64,000 bases of DNA from Eledone cirrhosa (taxonomy: Eukaryota). Position numbers and translations under genes: made by a program. The stretch's first letter is position 1. Every line of letters starts with the position of its first letter. A model generated the notes under the pieces. That model was not told where the DNA came from. It did no database searches and saw only the letters and a list, made by a program, of their open reading frames with translations. The stretch is from assembly GCA_964016885.1 (NCBI GenBank), contig OZ024741.1:29202001-29266000 (forward strand), given 5' to 3'. Below are positions 1 to 12,242 of this stretch, in pieces.

Positions 1-113
1 GCTTGATCTCGGCCGCCTGGGTTAAACATTTTCCTATTATCCACTCTACTACCTTAAGTATTGAGTACTCTGGTGCCTTATGGTCCATCTGGTTCCTTAC
101 CACACTTCCTTCG
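1..113 (+). mobile_element. 3' tail of PLE family B pseudo-LTR, ending in (TA)n
   Basis: Matches 58660-58743 and the reverse complement of 37068-37150 (ccactctactacc.taagtattgagtact...ggtcca.ctggttccttacc). Confidence 0.75.
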
Positions 114-114
114 T

Positions 115-140
<26 letters not shown>

Positions 141-146
<6 letters not shown>

Positions 147-2806
147 AAACTGCTTATAGACGCTACTAATTCGTTTATACGGAGAGTCAGATGGAAGGCC
201 TACCACCTGGATAAGAACACCCGTAACCTTCCTGAACCCAAAGAGAGGTATGGCTTCAAAACATACCGAAACCCACCGCACAACACCTTACTGGACTCCT
301 TTGAAGAGGACCTGCTGAAAATGATCAAAAACGTTAAGCTCAGAAAGAAACACCAATGCAGCAATCCATTCTTAACGTCCCTTGATACACTAATAACTAA
401 GATCAAGAATGACCCGCACCTCTTCGTCACCTCCGACAAAACCAAAAAGCTGTACAAGATGGACGCGAGTGAGTATAAAAAATTCATCTATAAGGAACTA
501 CACAAAGACTACAAAAAGACACCCTCTAGTACCCTAAATGACATAAATAGAGTAGGGAAGGATATAGTCACCAGCTTAGAAATAGAAAAGTACACTAACC
601 CGTACGTCCCTCTGACGCCTAAATTCTCTCTTAAGGATCACAAATATGACTTTAATGAAAGCCCCTCTATTAGACTAATATGCCCCTCTACATCAGATAT
701 AGGTAAGATTAGTAAAGTGATCCTCGACAGAATACTACTCGAGCTTAATAGAAAGGCAAAGGTCTGCGTCTGGGGCAACACCGACCAGGTCAAATTGGTT
801 CACCGAGTTGCCGGATAAAGCCACCCTGAAATTCATCCAGTTTGATATAGATAGCTACTACGCCTCTATCTCCCCCATACTCTTAAATAAGGCACTTATC
901 TTAGCTAGATCTAACACTAGCCTCACTAAAAAAGAAATAGACATAATTCTAGCGGCACGTAGAACCATTATCCAGTTCGAAGGCTCCCACTGGACCAGAA
1001 CCAACCGTCCTGATAACTTCGATGTCACGATGGGATCCAGTGACTCAGCGCAAGCAACTGACCTGGTCGGGATATACCTCCTACATAAGCTTTGGGAAGA
1101 AATACCGGCCCTACAAGGAGGTGTATATAGGGACGACGCCCTGTTTACCGTTAGGAACCATAGCCCCCGTAGGATAGAGAACCTTAACAAACATATACAC
1201 CGGTTCTTTAAGTCATACGGCCTATCCGTAACTATGGACCTCAACCACAGGGTTGTCAACTTCCTGGACGTGACCCTGGAGTTGAGTACGGGCTTATACA
1301 AGCCATACCATAAGCCTGGAGAGTGCCTCTCTTATATTAATTATGCCTCCAACCACCCTAAGCAGACTCTCAACTCCATAGTCTATAGTATCTCACATAG
1401 AATCTCGAGGTTATCCGCCAATGAGGATATCTTCAACCAAGCGGCTGATTACTACAATAGGGCCCTGATAAGCGCCGGCTTTAACCGAGGAATTTCCTAC
1501 ATCCCTAACGCTAGCTCTAGAAACCACCCCCTAATAAAACTAACGTTATAGTAAGCCATACCTATAACCGATCACGCGGCGACCTCGTTGAAGTCGGATA
1601 TAATAGAATAGATAACCGCACCAAAGATCACGTCCCCGGCGACCGTGAACACTGTAGATTACTCAAACTATTCCCCTATTACAAAACCAACAAAGGCGAC
1701 GGCCTACTACCAACGCCTTCAAACCAACATCTTCGTGTACATAAACATGGAAGAGGTAGAAAGAGTGCACCCGAGCATAAAGTGAAAGGGGCACCGAACG
1801 GGCGACTGCGCATTAACACATATAAGAGCGGTCACTTAGATGGAACCACCCGTAGCAAAAGTACAAGGACACGTAATCGCCACCGTAACGTCCTATGGTT
1901 CCACCCCCCTACTCTCGGAGTGTGGCCTCCAACATACCCCGGATGTTCTTCGAAGCCTTAGAGAAGAACTTCCCACCCAACCATAGGTATAGAAAAATTC
2001 TTAATAGGAACAATATAAAAATATCCTTCTCTACTACTCCTAACCTAGCAGACATCATAGGAACAACGAACTACAGTAAGATCACCAAGACACAGCACCT
2101 CGACACAGACGCACCTACACCTGACAATAACTATATCGGCCTTAACAACTCCCTGGCAGCATCCAATAGTGTTGGCAACGGCATCCGCAGACGCAACCAG
2201 AATGACCGCGAAATGACTGGGGAACATGCAGAACATGACGTGCGGAATAACAATCGCACCACCCCGCGTGCTGTGGGTTGTAATTGTGCTAACGACAGCT
2301 GCGGCAGCGTAGGTAACAACGTAGGCAACAACAATGATAGCCTTACCGTGGGAAATAGACGGAACCGCGACAGAAATTGCAACTGCCGTGACCGTGGACG
2401 CTGCCCCCTTAGAGGATACTGCTTGACTGATAGGGTTATATATAGATGCACTATTACTAGCCACAATAGCGTTAAACATTATATAGGGGCCACCTCCGGC
2501 CCGTTCAAAATTAGGTTTCGAACACATCTCCATTCTTTCAAAAATAGAAAACTAAGGCACTCCACTTCGCTCGCGGACTACATCACATCACTAAAGGACT
2601 TAAACATCAGCTTCTCCACGCACTGGGAGATTGTCGGCAGGGCTGCACCGTACAACTTCAAGAGGAAATGCGATCTTTGCCTCATGGAGCTCTACCACAT
2701 CATAACTGCACCCCACGAGCTCATCAACAGCAGAGCTGAAACAGCGATAAGTTGTACACATCGCTTAAAAATATCCTTCTTCAGATGGGTTAAGGATGAA
2801 GAGTGA
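141..2806 (+). pseudogene. Disrupted PLE RT-GIY-YIG ORF (pieces 141-818, 808-1551, 1895-2806)
   Basis: Frameshift near 792 (DQV/NWFTELPDK), stop at 1549-1551, frameshift in the C-run near 1905. Confidence 0.88.
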
Positions 2807-3100
2807 AATAGTACACTGGATCTCCCTGCAACAAGTCTTAACACCCCGGCGGGCAGGCGCTGCAAAATAACACCCAGGAAACAATCCTTGCATACCAGAC
2901 CCAGCCTCAGACAAACGGATGCGGCTAAGAAAAAAAAAAAAAAATTGTCCGGGAAAGACTGCCCTAACACCGGCCAGAGTTACCTCCCTTGACCTGCTGC
3001 AAAATCAAAACAAGATATTTTTGCGACCAATGAACCTTGATGTGGATTTAACCCCAAAAACTCTTTCCGAGCAATATAAGGAACACTTGTGATTATTTAT

Positions 3101-3140
3101 GCCCTTGAGAAGCCCAACTGGGCGAAACGTACGTAGGTGA
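3101..3140 (+). ncRNA. Minimal type I hammerhead, U3:A8 core variant (PLE A)
   Basis: gccc TTGAGAA gccc-aact-gggc GAAA cgtacg TA ggtg; palindromic stem III, weak stem I. Confidence 0.7.
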
Positions 3141-3372
3141 TATTTTAAATAAACATGTTTTAACGGTCTATTCTCCGATTTTTTACTTTCCCACGTGCTT
3201 ACGCTCTGCTAACTCTCTAGCCCACTAAATATTAACACTTCGAATATTTAATACTGCCGGCACTAGTATCGAGCACCTTTGGCATACGCTACTTGGCAAA
3301 TAACTATATGTATCACCTATCCCCCTTTTTTTTCTCTTTCTCGATACGTAAATACTATATATATATATATAT

Positions 3373-3530
3373 GTAAAAGGTAAACAGAAATAACAACACA
3401 ATCAGCACTGTATATGGAAGGGATATATTAGGTTAACGCTAGATATAGCAGGAAGAGTGTCTTAACGTTTCGGACGCTAGTCCTTCATCAGAAGGAAGAA
3501 TGAGAAATAAGATAGATTGAGGGGACGGGC
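3373..3530 (-). mobile_element. Short PLE-type tail family E (also 12763-12800, 25353-25420, 30023-30120)
   Basis: Shared gtaaaaggtaaacagaaataacaacacaatc at (TA)n edges; contains an HHR. Confidence 0.7.
3460..3495 (-). ncRNA. Minimal type I hammerhead (family E)
   Basis: Reverse complement: ctt CTGATGA a ggac-tagc-gtcc GAAA cg TT aag; decayed copy near 30073-30106. Confidence 0.8.
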
Positions 3531-3812
3531 GACACACATATATATACATATATATGTACACACACACACACACGCGCACACACACACACACACACACACA
3601 TACACACACACATATATATATATATACATACACATATATAAATGAATGTTATATATATATTTTCATATATATATATATATATATCATACATAAGCAAATT
3701 TGTCACCAGTATACATAATATTTTAATGAAAAAGAAAATCACTAAAGAATCTCAGGCAGAGAAGCAAATACATATAAAACATCTTACAGAAAATCATTAA
3801 GGGGTAGTTCCC

Positions 3813-3931
3813 AATAAAGACATATAAAAAGAACACTTCACAAGCCTCTGTCTCTAGGGATATAGTCTTAACTAAGACTATATCACGAGGGAAAGAGGCT
3901 TGTGAAGTGTTCTTTTTATATTTCTTTATTG
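3813..3931. repeat. Fold-back hairpin with about 55-bp arms
   Basis: caataaaga..aagaacacttcacaagcctc / gaggcttgtgaagtgttctt..tctttattg, centre near 3870. Confidence 0.8.
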
Positions 3932-4029
3932 TAATCTACCCGTTTTGTTCGATATGTATATACATATAGATATGAATAGGGAAGTAATGTTCCATACAAA
4001 ACAGTGGTTATAGACAGATGGTGAAATTG

Positions 4030-4255
4030 AAAATAGCACGGAAAATATATTTTAGGGTCTGTTTTTCTTTTTTCCCTTTTCTTTGATTCGTCAAAGTGAC
4101 ATTATTGAAAAAAATGAGAGGGACAATTCTTTTAAAAACAGAGTTTTATAATGTATATAAAGTATATAAAGTATTACCGGTTTCGGTGTCTTATTAAAAT
4201 TAATCTCATCAAATGTTGAGAAGGAGACTGGAAAATGAACTCTTGTATATATAAA
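4030..4255 (-). mobile_element. Family R element (homologue of 19270-19565) with HHR-like motif at 4170-4217
   Basis: Reverse-complement homology to 19270-19565; motif ttgatga...c GAAA ccgg TA at. Confidence 0.65.
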
Positions 4256-4497
4256 AAGAGGTAGTAGTAGCAGATCCGAACTGGAATCTAGCTGTCGATA
4301 CGGTTGGAGCTCAGCCGTCGGGGTCCTGAATCTTTTGATATATATATATATATATAAACGGAAAAAAATGAAACGAAATTTCATTTCCCACTCTTTTCAT
4401 ACGTACATATATATATGTGTGTGCATGTATGTATATATATATATATATATACATACTACTGTACGTCTGTATACATATATGTATGTACGTATACATA

Positions 4498-4540
<43 letters not shown>

Positions 4541-4548
<8 letters not shown>

Positions 4549-4725
4549 TAAAATAACAGATTAAAGTTTAAGCAAAGAATCCCTGCTTTCACCCTTAACG
4601 GGATCTTCTGAAGATCCCGTTAAGGGTTAAAGCAGCGATTCTTTGCTTAAACTTTAATCTGTTATTTTAATAAATATTTTCTCTACGGTTCTTATATATT
4701 TGATATATATTTATCCTTATCGAGC
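4541..4725. mobile_element. Fold-back family C (68-bp arms, centre 4609) with HHR core
   Basis: gggatcttc-t-gaagatccc palindrome; consensus CTGAAGA tccc-gttaa-gggt GAAA gcagc; related copies at 34615-34760 and 49328-49533. Confidence 0.8.
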
Positions 4726-5355
4726 CCACTGGCGAGACCTTCAAGATAATAAAGAATCATCTGTACTCTACCAACATGCTAAGATAGAACACAAGGGTAA
4801 ATTAAAGAACATAGAAATAAAAATAGAATCTACACACAGAAAAGATGCAATGTTTAGACAAATTACAGAGGCAATAAACATAAAAGAATTACAACCAAAA
4901 TTAAATAGAAAATATGAGTGGAACAGCAACATCACAACTTACAATTAAGGACAAAATGAAAACACACACACACATAGAACAAACAACCAACCAATAACAT
5001 GTAAATAAATAAATAAATAAACAAATAGATAAATGAACATAAACACACACAGACACCCGGATGTGGCGCATGCGCAAACTGAGCACACAACACACACACA
5101 GAAACAAAATGGCGTAGGACAGAACAAAGGAGAGGCACAGAATCAAAGAAAGGAATCCCCAGTCACTGAAGAGGTCACAGAGTGTGTGACGAAAGGACTA
5201 TGACTATATATAAACAACTACCTGGTTGTGGAACCAACCAAACAACCAGAAATTTATAAATTTGTAAATTTGTAAATTTATAAATATATAATAAATTGAA
5301 GTGAAAGCAACTGGTGCGTGTGTTTCTTATTGGCAACATGACCCTCCCAAAGTAT

Positions 5356-5360
<5 letters not shown>
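4720..5360 (+). mobile_element. PLE family D 3' end (GIY-YIG C-terminus plus UTR)
   Basis: ORF end HWRDL..SVLYQH...RQITEAINI...LNRKYEWN* at 4948; tail catgaccctcccaaagtataacaa shared with 43637-43670 (reverse) and 52190-52212. Confidence 0.8.
5161..5205 (+). ncRNA. Type I hammerhead (family D)
   Basis: agtca CTGAAGA g gtcac-agagtgt-gtgac GAAA ggac TA tgact; 5-bp stems I and II. Confidence 0.85.
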
Positions 5361-5454
<94 letters not shown>

Positions 5455-5665
5455 GTATATCACAGAGGAGAAAAAGCACTTACTATATAAATAGACCTAT
5501 TTTTTTTATAAATCGTACATACAAAGATTCAATGCGGAAACCCAGGTTTCGTATTCCGAAAATTTTGCATAAGTGCATTTTTTCCCAAGCTTATCGTCAC
5601 AATATTGGATTACAAATGGCCAAACGAAATTTGGTGAAAGGTTTCCCGGAAAAGGTTGAAATAAT

Positions 5666-5849
5666 TGTTTCTACTTTTGGCATAAGACCAGCAATTACAC
5701 AGTGCATTACTGGTACTTTATTTTATCGACCCCGTAAGGATGAAAGGCAAAGTCAACCTCCGCGGGATTTGAATTCAGATCGTTAAGGGACGTAACTATG
5801 CTGGAAAGCATGGCGTCCGACCCTCTACCGATACTGCCAATCGACCGCC
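5666..5849 (-). mobile_element. Octopus-type tRNA-derived SINE (Nin-domain-like core) with 18-bp TSD
   Basis: A-box tggcagtatcggtag, B-box-like gttcaaatcc, core gcctttcatccttacggggtcgataaaataaagtaccag; TSD ggaaaaggttgaaataat at 5648-5665 and 5853-5870. Confidence 0.9.
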
Positions 5850-6074
5850 TAAGGAAAAGGTTGAAATAATGATGTACGGGTATAATTGATAGAGGGGAGC
5901 TAACATCTTTTAAAATTAACTGGGAAAACAAGTAATTACATTGAGTGTAAAGAGGGAGATATAGGATGAGATGGAGGAGGTGACACAATTTCATATAGGT
6001 TCTGTGCCCGTAGCTAGAGAAAAATTGTATGTTAAATTGGTTTTGGCTTTGGAGGGGTATTATTAAAGAATAAT

Positions 6075-6256
6075 AATTTCTACGTTTGGCACAAGGCCAG
6101 CAATTATCCAGTACATTACTGGTACTTTATTTTATCGACCCCGTAAGGATGAAAGGCAAAGTTAACCTCGATGGGATTTGAACTCAGACCGTAAAGGGAC
6201 GTAACTATGCTAGAAAGCAAGGCGTCCAACCCTCTACCGATACTGCCAATTCACCC
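6075..6256 (-). mobile_element. SINE, same family
   Basis: Same head, core and tail as 5666-5849. Confidence 0.88.
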
Positions 6257-6543
6257 GAAGTGCTGAGAGAAGAATCGGCGACAATATGGCGATAGTTTGT
6301 GAGGGACTGCGACTTAGTTTAGTATTTCGAAGGTGGGTTTTCTACGTTTATTTGTGTAGGCTGTAGGTGTTGGGGTCGGTGTTTACATGAAGCGAATAAG
6401 TATTTTTAAATGCAAAATCTCACTTTTAGACTTCAGGTTTGCATATTAAAAGATTCAATACCCTGGAATATTCTTTTCTCAATATGTGTGTCTGTGTGTC
6501 TGTGTGTGTGAGTGTGTGTGTGTGCGGGTGTATGTGTGTGTGT

Positions 6544-6574
<31 letters not shown>

Positions 6575-8009
6575 AGTGTGTGTGTGTGTGTGTGTGTCTT
6601 AGCGTAGTGTATATATGTATACGAGTCTGGCGGGCGCTTTATTTGAGTACAGTAACAAAATAGGTGGTATTACGAACAGAAACAAGTTAATCTGGATTAA
6701 ATTAATATTCAGATTCTCTCTCATTGTGAGTTAGTTATAATATCTCACTATCGTATGACGTGGTTCTATGATTCATTAATATTGTCCCTGTAACAATTTT
6801 TCTAAGAGTGTCGAGCATATTAATCCAGCAGTGTATTATATTTCTTCTGAAATCGCAGCCTGAAATAAGGGTTTAGTCTGAGCAGTGTTAAAGTAACAAA
6901 TTTCGGTCTAAACAATTTTTTTCTTCACGGAATTAATGTTCAAATGAGATTATAGTAGCTTTCCCAAACATTATGACATACTTTTATTGCAGTTATTTCT
7001 TTCAACAAGCAGTATTTTTCGTTTTAAAAACCGCTATCTACAGCATGCTCAATGGAAAATCTGGTTTTTGCCTTTCATGTTGTTTTAAGTAGAAGTCTCC
7101 CACTTGCTTTTTGTTGAGTAAAGTGTCATATTTTGTTCAGCATATCTCTTCATGTACATTGGTGATCGTTATTGTTTATAGAAGAATATATAGCTATAGA
7201 CTGTGCACATACTGCAATACCAACACAAAATACCACAGATACAGTTTCACATCATTATTTATTACAATAAAAAATACACAATGTTTATCGTGAGCCATGT
7301 AGACATCCATAAAGGCAGAGATATATATTATATAACCATACTCATAATAGATTTAATACTATAAAGAAATAATTATAATTTCTCTTGTATTTATATAAAT
7401 CAACATTTTTGATAGTCGAGTAATACAGAAACAACTTCATCATGTGTTTCGCAGTAAATGTTTAGGAGTGAAAATATGGACGTCACCCAAAGAAGCTAGT
7501 TTTATCAGTACTATTTCATATTAGTTGTTGAGCATGTATGCAGGTGAATGTGTATTATGTTGAGATATGCACCTATATGTCTTTCGACAGTGTGACAGTA
7601 ATGTAGATTTGCACGAACTTCCTACACCACGAAATCTATTTCTAGCTAGTTAGACTAGATATTTAAGAGTACAAGATTCTGGTTAGAGACACATCACAAT
7701 ATCAAGGATGGGTTACAAACGCCCTCACTCAAAACCAATTATCTGCTGCACTATTTCCAAAGCCACATCGATTCATATAAATTTGCATTAGTATTTTTTC
7801 TACTAAGTTCATGGTGTATCCTTCTTATTGGTTCTAGAATATATATTTCACAATATAGTGATGATGATGATGAAAGTTTCGACTCGTTAAATTAACCTGT
7901 AAGTGGAGGTGTATTCTACAAATACGTTTTCCTTTGACGAACTTCCCAAACCGAATCCGGGTGGCAATATACTTGACGAAGCTGAACCATTGAATTTCAA
8001 GTACAATAT

Positions 8010-8165
8010 ATTCGACAGGGTTTCACACAGTTTGTCTAATTTTACGCTCAACGCTTGGGTCGGTACGAAGCAATGTTAACTTGCCCAGATGTCATGCAGT
8101 GCAATTGAAGCCGAAACTTCATGGTGACGAAAGATAATTTATTAATCACTCTACTATGCCTACGT
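8010..8165 (-). mobile_element. Old, decayed octopus-type tRNA SINE (different family)
   Basis: ttcacacagtt...ggtcgg...acttgcccaga.gtcatgcagtg..attgaa.ccgaaac resembles a recalled octopus SINE consensus; not verified by alignment. Confidence 0.5.
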
Positions 8166-8430
8166 CTACATAGCATGTATATGTATTATATAACAGAGGA
8201 CGGGTGGCAGAATTGTTTAAATTTCTAAATTATTTATTGCCTTTACAGCCTTGCTACTCAACTTAAATATTCATTGTGAATCATATTCGTTTCATTTTTC
8301 TTAATAACACAGGGATACCATAGCTCACTTAAACAATGTGTACACAGCTTGAATATTTGCTCAGAAATTAATAGTTTCTCTTTAGACGAACAAAGTATGT
8401 GTGTTATATAATTATTTTAAGAAATCAAAC

Positions 8431-8708
8431 ATGATGACCCTTAGAATGACCCAGGAAAGAATCACTGGACAGATTTTCTGGGCAAAATCAACGGTCAGTA
8501 GACCTAAAGGTAGACTCTGAGAAAGATGGTTGGGTGACATCCATGAGCTTGGCTGGTCACGCTTTGGAGACAAGCCGGATTAGTTGGTGACGGCTACATA
8601 TGACAGGACCCGCTGGAAAGAAGAAGAAGAAGAAGAAGAAGAAGAAGAAGAAGAAGAAGAAGAAGAAGAAGAAGAAGAAGAAGAAGAAGAAGAAGAAGAA
8701 GAAGAAGA
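8431..8708 (+). mobile_element. RTE-like LINE 3' fragment with (GAA)n tail
   Basis: Degenerate R-P-x-G-R-x-x-x-R-W-type C-terminus; homologous to 61980-62182 and 60300-60402. Confidence 0.65.
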
Positions 8709-8749
8709 CAAACATGATCAGATATGCTTACCGTTCCACGATATATATA

Positions 8750-9148
8750 CTTATATAAATGTTTATAACTGATTTAGAGCACTCAACTAGTTACTGGAGT
8801 AAATATTCAATGATATTAAATAAATGGAAACTATATTTATAAAACCATATTTATTTTGTTATATATATTTCAAGGGTACCAAAACACATTGGTACGCTTT
8901 CCTCAGATAAAATACAAAGTTTGTTTTATAAATAGGGACATACCCATGAAAATCATACCTTATCGGCTGGAAATTCACTACAGTGAATTTCCAGCCGATA
9001 AGGTATGATTTTCATGGGCATGTCTCTATTTATAAAACAAACTTTGTATTTTATCTGAAGAAAGCGTACCAAAGTGTTTTGGTACCCTTGAAATATATAT
9101 AACAAAATAAATATGGTTTTATAAATATAGTTTCCATTTATTAAATAT

Positions 9149-9153
<5 letters not shown>
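8750..9153. mobile_element. Fold-back family I (about 175-bp arms, centre near 8980) with an HHR in each arm
   Basis: ggctggaaattcact-ac-agtgaatttccagcc; related copy at 42965-43376. Confidence 0.85.
9047..9109 (+). ncRNA. Type I hammerhead (family I)
   Basis: tattttat CTGAAGA aagcgtacca..tggtaccctt GAAA tata TA taacaaaata; mirror copy at 8850-8914 has CTGAGGA. Confidence 0.7.
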
Positions 9154-9192
<39 letters not shown>

Positions 9193-9194
<2 letters not shown>

Positions 9195-10000
9195 GAACGA
9201 GTAGGACCCCGACGGCTGAGCTCAAGCCGTTTCGACGGCTAATTCTGGACTAAATGAACATTTTTATCTTGGTATATGAATAGCCGAGCTTCTCAGGAGG
9301 TAATTCCATATATGGTAAAAGTGATTGTCACAAGGATTGGTCAAAAGTTTGTTGTTGAGACACATAATTCTATCATGGTAATTTGTGGAAGGAAGGGGTA
9401 GCTGAACCTGCCAGTAGAAGAAAGAGGGAGAGGGGGTGGAGGAAACCCAGTCGTGCGTTGATAGTGCCAACTACAGCAGGGCAGGAGGTCAAGCAAGTAT
9501 ACTAGGGAGGTGGAGGGGGAGGAAGTCGAAACAATAAGTAAAACAATATGTGGTAAATATATAAAAGAATACCGACAATGCTAAAAGTATTAAAAAAAAA
9601 ATAATTTCTGGTTACTATTCCCTAACGACAGTCATCAAGTCTCTCACTCGTACTGCTAAACTATAGAAAAGTTTACTAGGTGGGACGGAATTATAATGGG
9701 ACCATTTTAAGAGTTAGTAGTAATCAACCGAATATATCTTACGGTGACAGATCATTAAGTGGGGGGCCAAAATACTAAAGAAACTACCACAAAATAATAA
9801 TTCAGAGTCCCGAGACTAATACGAAATAATTGTTTCTACCCTAGGCACAAGGCCAGCAACCACCCAGTGCAAAAAATAAACTAATACGAAATAATAATTC
9901 AGAATCCCGAAAAAGAATACTAATACTATCTCTAAGGGTGCCGCTACGATACAAACATTCTAGTGCAAACTACATAAATGCTCGCACGAAGTATATGAAA
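9193..10000 (-). mobile_element. PLE family B-like pLTR fragment with HHR at 9206-9301
   Basis: Colinear with 37150-37930. Confidence 0.8.
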
Positions 10001-10026
10001 AAACTCTCTCTCTATATATATATATA

Positions 10027-11190
10027 GTTTGGTTGACAATTATACTAATGTGCACAGACACACAAATATATTGTCCTTGGTATGACAGTGTGGTTTTAGC
10101 TCAATGTAGGATAACTAGTATACTAGAGAGCCGTTATAAGTTTAGGAATAACCAAAGAGTGATTAAAAATACATTGTTTTATTTGCTAACAGTGTTTCAT
10201 CCACCCTAGAGCAGGAATCATCAGAGCCTATAAACAAAAGTATATCAAAGGTTGCAGGCTCCATTGAGGCTAGTCACCAGAACAAGGAAGAAGGAAAGTA
10301 GGGGGCACACAATACATGATACATATAATGTCACAAGAAATTACATCATAAAAATTACATCATAAAAAATTACATTAAAAGTTTATCACATAAATGGTGC
10401 AATAGATCATAAGGAGGTTGAGGTGATGATAAAAAAAACAAACCAAGCATAGACACATCAATTCATACGCAGTGCAAATATATGATTTACAGGCAGAGTA
10501 TGAAAGCTTGTAAGAAGGAGTCAGTAAACAGAAAAGTTGGTTAGCTGTGGTGCAGCTTTACAGGCAGGATTGTTTATAGGAAAGATTGTGCACTCCAGTA
10601 GTATCGCCTTGTAACAGGTTGATTTCTCCTTATCCAGCCACCACCCTCTATCCATTGGTTCCAGTTCCAAGTATTAGGCGACATAATACTAGGTTTCCAA
10701 ATACACGCATAGAGGATTTTTCCACAGAGGCAGTCTGCAACAAACACCTTAAATTCAAAACAGAATACAATGAAGTAAGGTAAAGCAGAGTACATGCACT
10801 GCCGGTACTCCAATCAAGGAAATGGAAATAAAACGGGTCCGTTTTATTTCCACTTCCTTCATTGGAGTAACAGCCTCATTCATTTCTTGCTCTCTTCTCT
10901 CAACCTCCTTACGATCTATTGCACCATTTATGTGATCAATTTTGATATAATTTTTTATGATGTAATTTTTATGATGTAATTTCTTGTGACATTATATGTA
11001 TCATGTATTGTCTGCCCCCCGTACTTGCCCTTCTTCCTTGTTCTGGTGACTAGGCTCGATAGAGCCTGCAACCTTTGATATACTTTTGTTTATAGGCTCT
11101 GATGATTCCTGTCCTAGGGTATGGATGAAACACTGTTAGCAAATAAAACAATGTATTTCTAAGCACTCTTTGGTTATTCCTAAACTTATA
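10027..11190. mobile_element. Fold-back family S (arms about 10135-10430 and 10895-11190), HHRs at 10185-10227 (-) and 11096-11140 (+)
   Basis: gct CTGATGA ttcc...ggat GAAA cactg TT agc in both arms; (TA)n flanks. Confidence 0.8.
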
Positions 11191-11216
11191 TATATATATA
11201 TATTTATATAAAGCAC

Positions 11217-11256
<40 letters not shown>

Positions 11257-11269
11257 GTGCTTTATGTAA

Positions 11270-11333
<64 letters not shown>

Positions 11334-11721
11334 TTATATAAAGCACCCATACCCAAAACGAAAATAATCAAGTCGGCCATTGTTGCATTATTGTTACTCA
11401 AACAGAAATACCTTCAACTTAACAACTTAAAGGTTTAGTTGATTTGTTTGCTTGCATCGTTTATACGTTCGGTTTAAAACAGATTTAGGTAACGAGATTA
11501 ACGAGAAATATGAGACTTTTTTTAGGTCAGAAAAATAAAGTTCCCTCTTAAAAGTAAGTAATAAACATTTCACCTGTGTACAAAACTTCAGAAAATAATT
11601 AGTTGCACCTTTAACGTGGTTCATTAAATGGGCATTAAGTAACATCAAATGATCTGATCGATAGAACTGAACTCAGAAACACGCGGTTATGAAGCAGATA
11701 CATACACACATACACACTTAC

Positions 11722-11799
<78 letters not shown>

Positions 11800-11831
11800 T
11801 TATATATATTACATATATATATGTATTATAC

Positions 11832-11872
<41 letters not shown>

Positions 11873-11885
11873 ATATATATATATG

Positions 11886-11933
<48 letters not shown>

Positions 11934-11963
11934 TATACATATATATATAATATATATATATAT

Positions 11964-12000
<37 letters not shown>

Positions 12001-12184
12001 GGCGGTGGATTGGCAGTATCGGTAGAGGGTCGGACGCCATGCTTTCCAGCATAGTTACGTCCCTTTATGATCTGAGTTCAAATCCCGCCGAGGTTGACTT
12101 TGCCTTTCATCCTTACGGGGTCGATAAAATAAAGTACCAGTAATGCACTGGATAATTGCTGGCCTTGTGCCAAAAGTAGAAACA
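12001..12184 (+). mobile_element. SINE, full length
   Basis: ggcggtggattggcagtatcggtag...gtagaaaca. Confidence 0.9.
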
Positions 12185-12186
12185 AT

Positions 12187-12242
<56 letters not shown>

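Larger units (their letters stand above)
141..3355 (+). mobile_element. Penelope-like retroelement A (Neptune-like), 5'-truncated, flanked by (TA)n
   Basis: RT motifs KFIQFDIDSYY, MGS, GGVYRDD and VNFLDVTL; WFxPPYS linker; CNCxxxxxCPLxGxC; GIY-YIG VIYRC..YIGAT; 3' UTR with HHR. Confidence 0.93.

Noticed and set aside
7430-7860. Possible Tc1-like transposon remnant
   Set aside because: No TIRs or DDE motif could be read with confidence.
12001-12090. tRNA gene
   Set aside because: A and B boxes belong to a multi-copy SINE head followed by core and tail; no complete cloverleaf.
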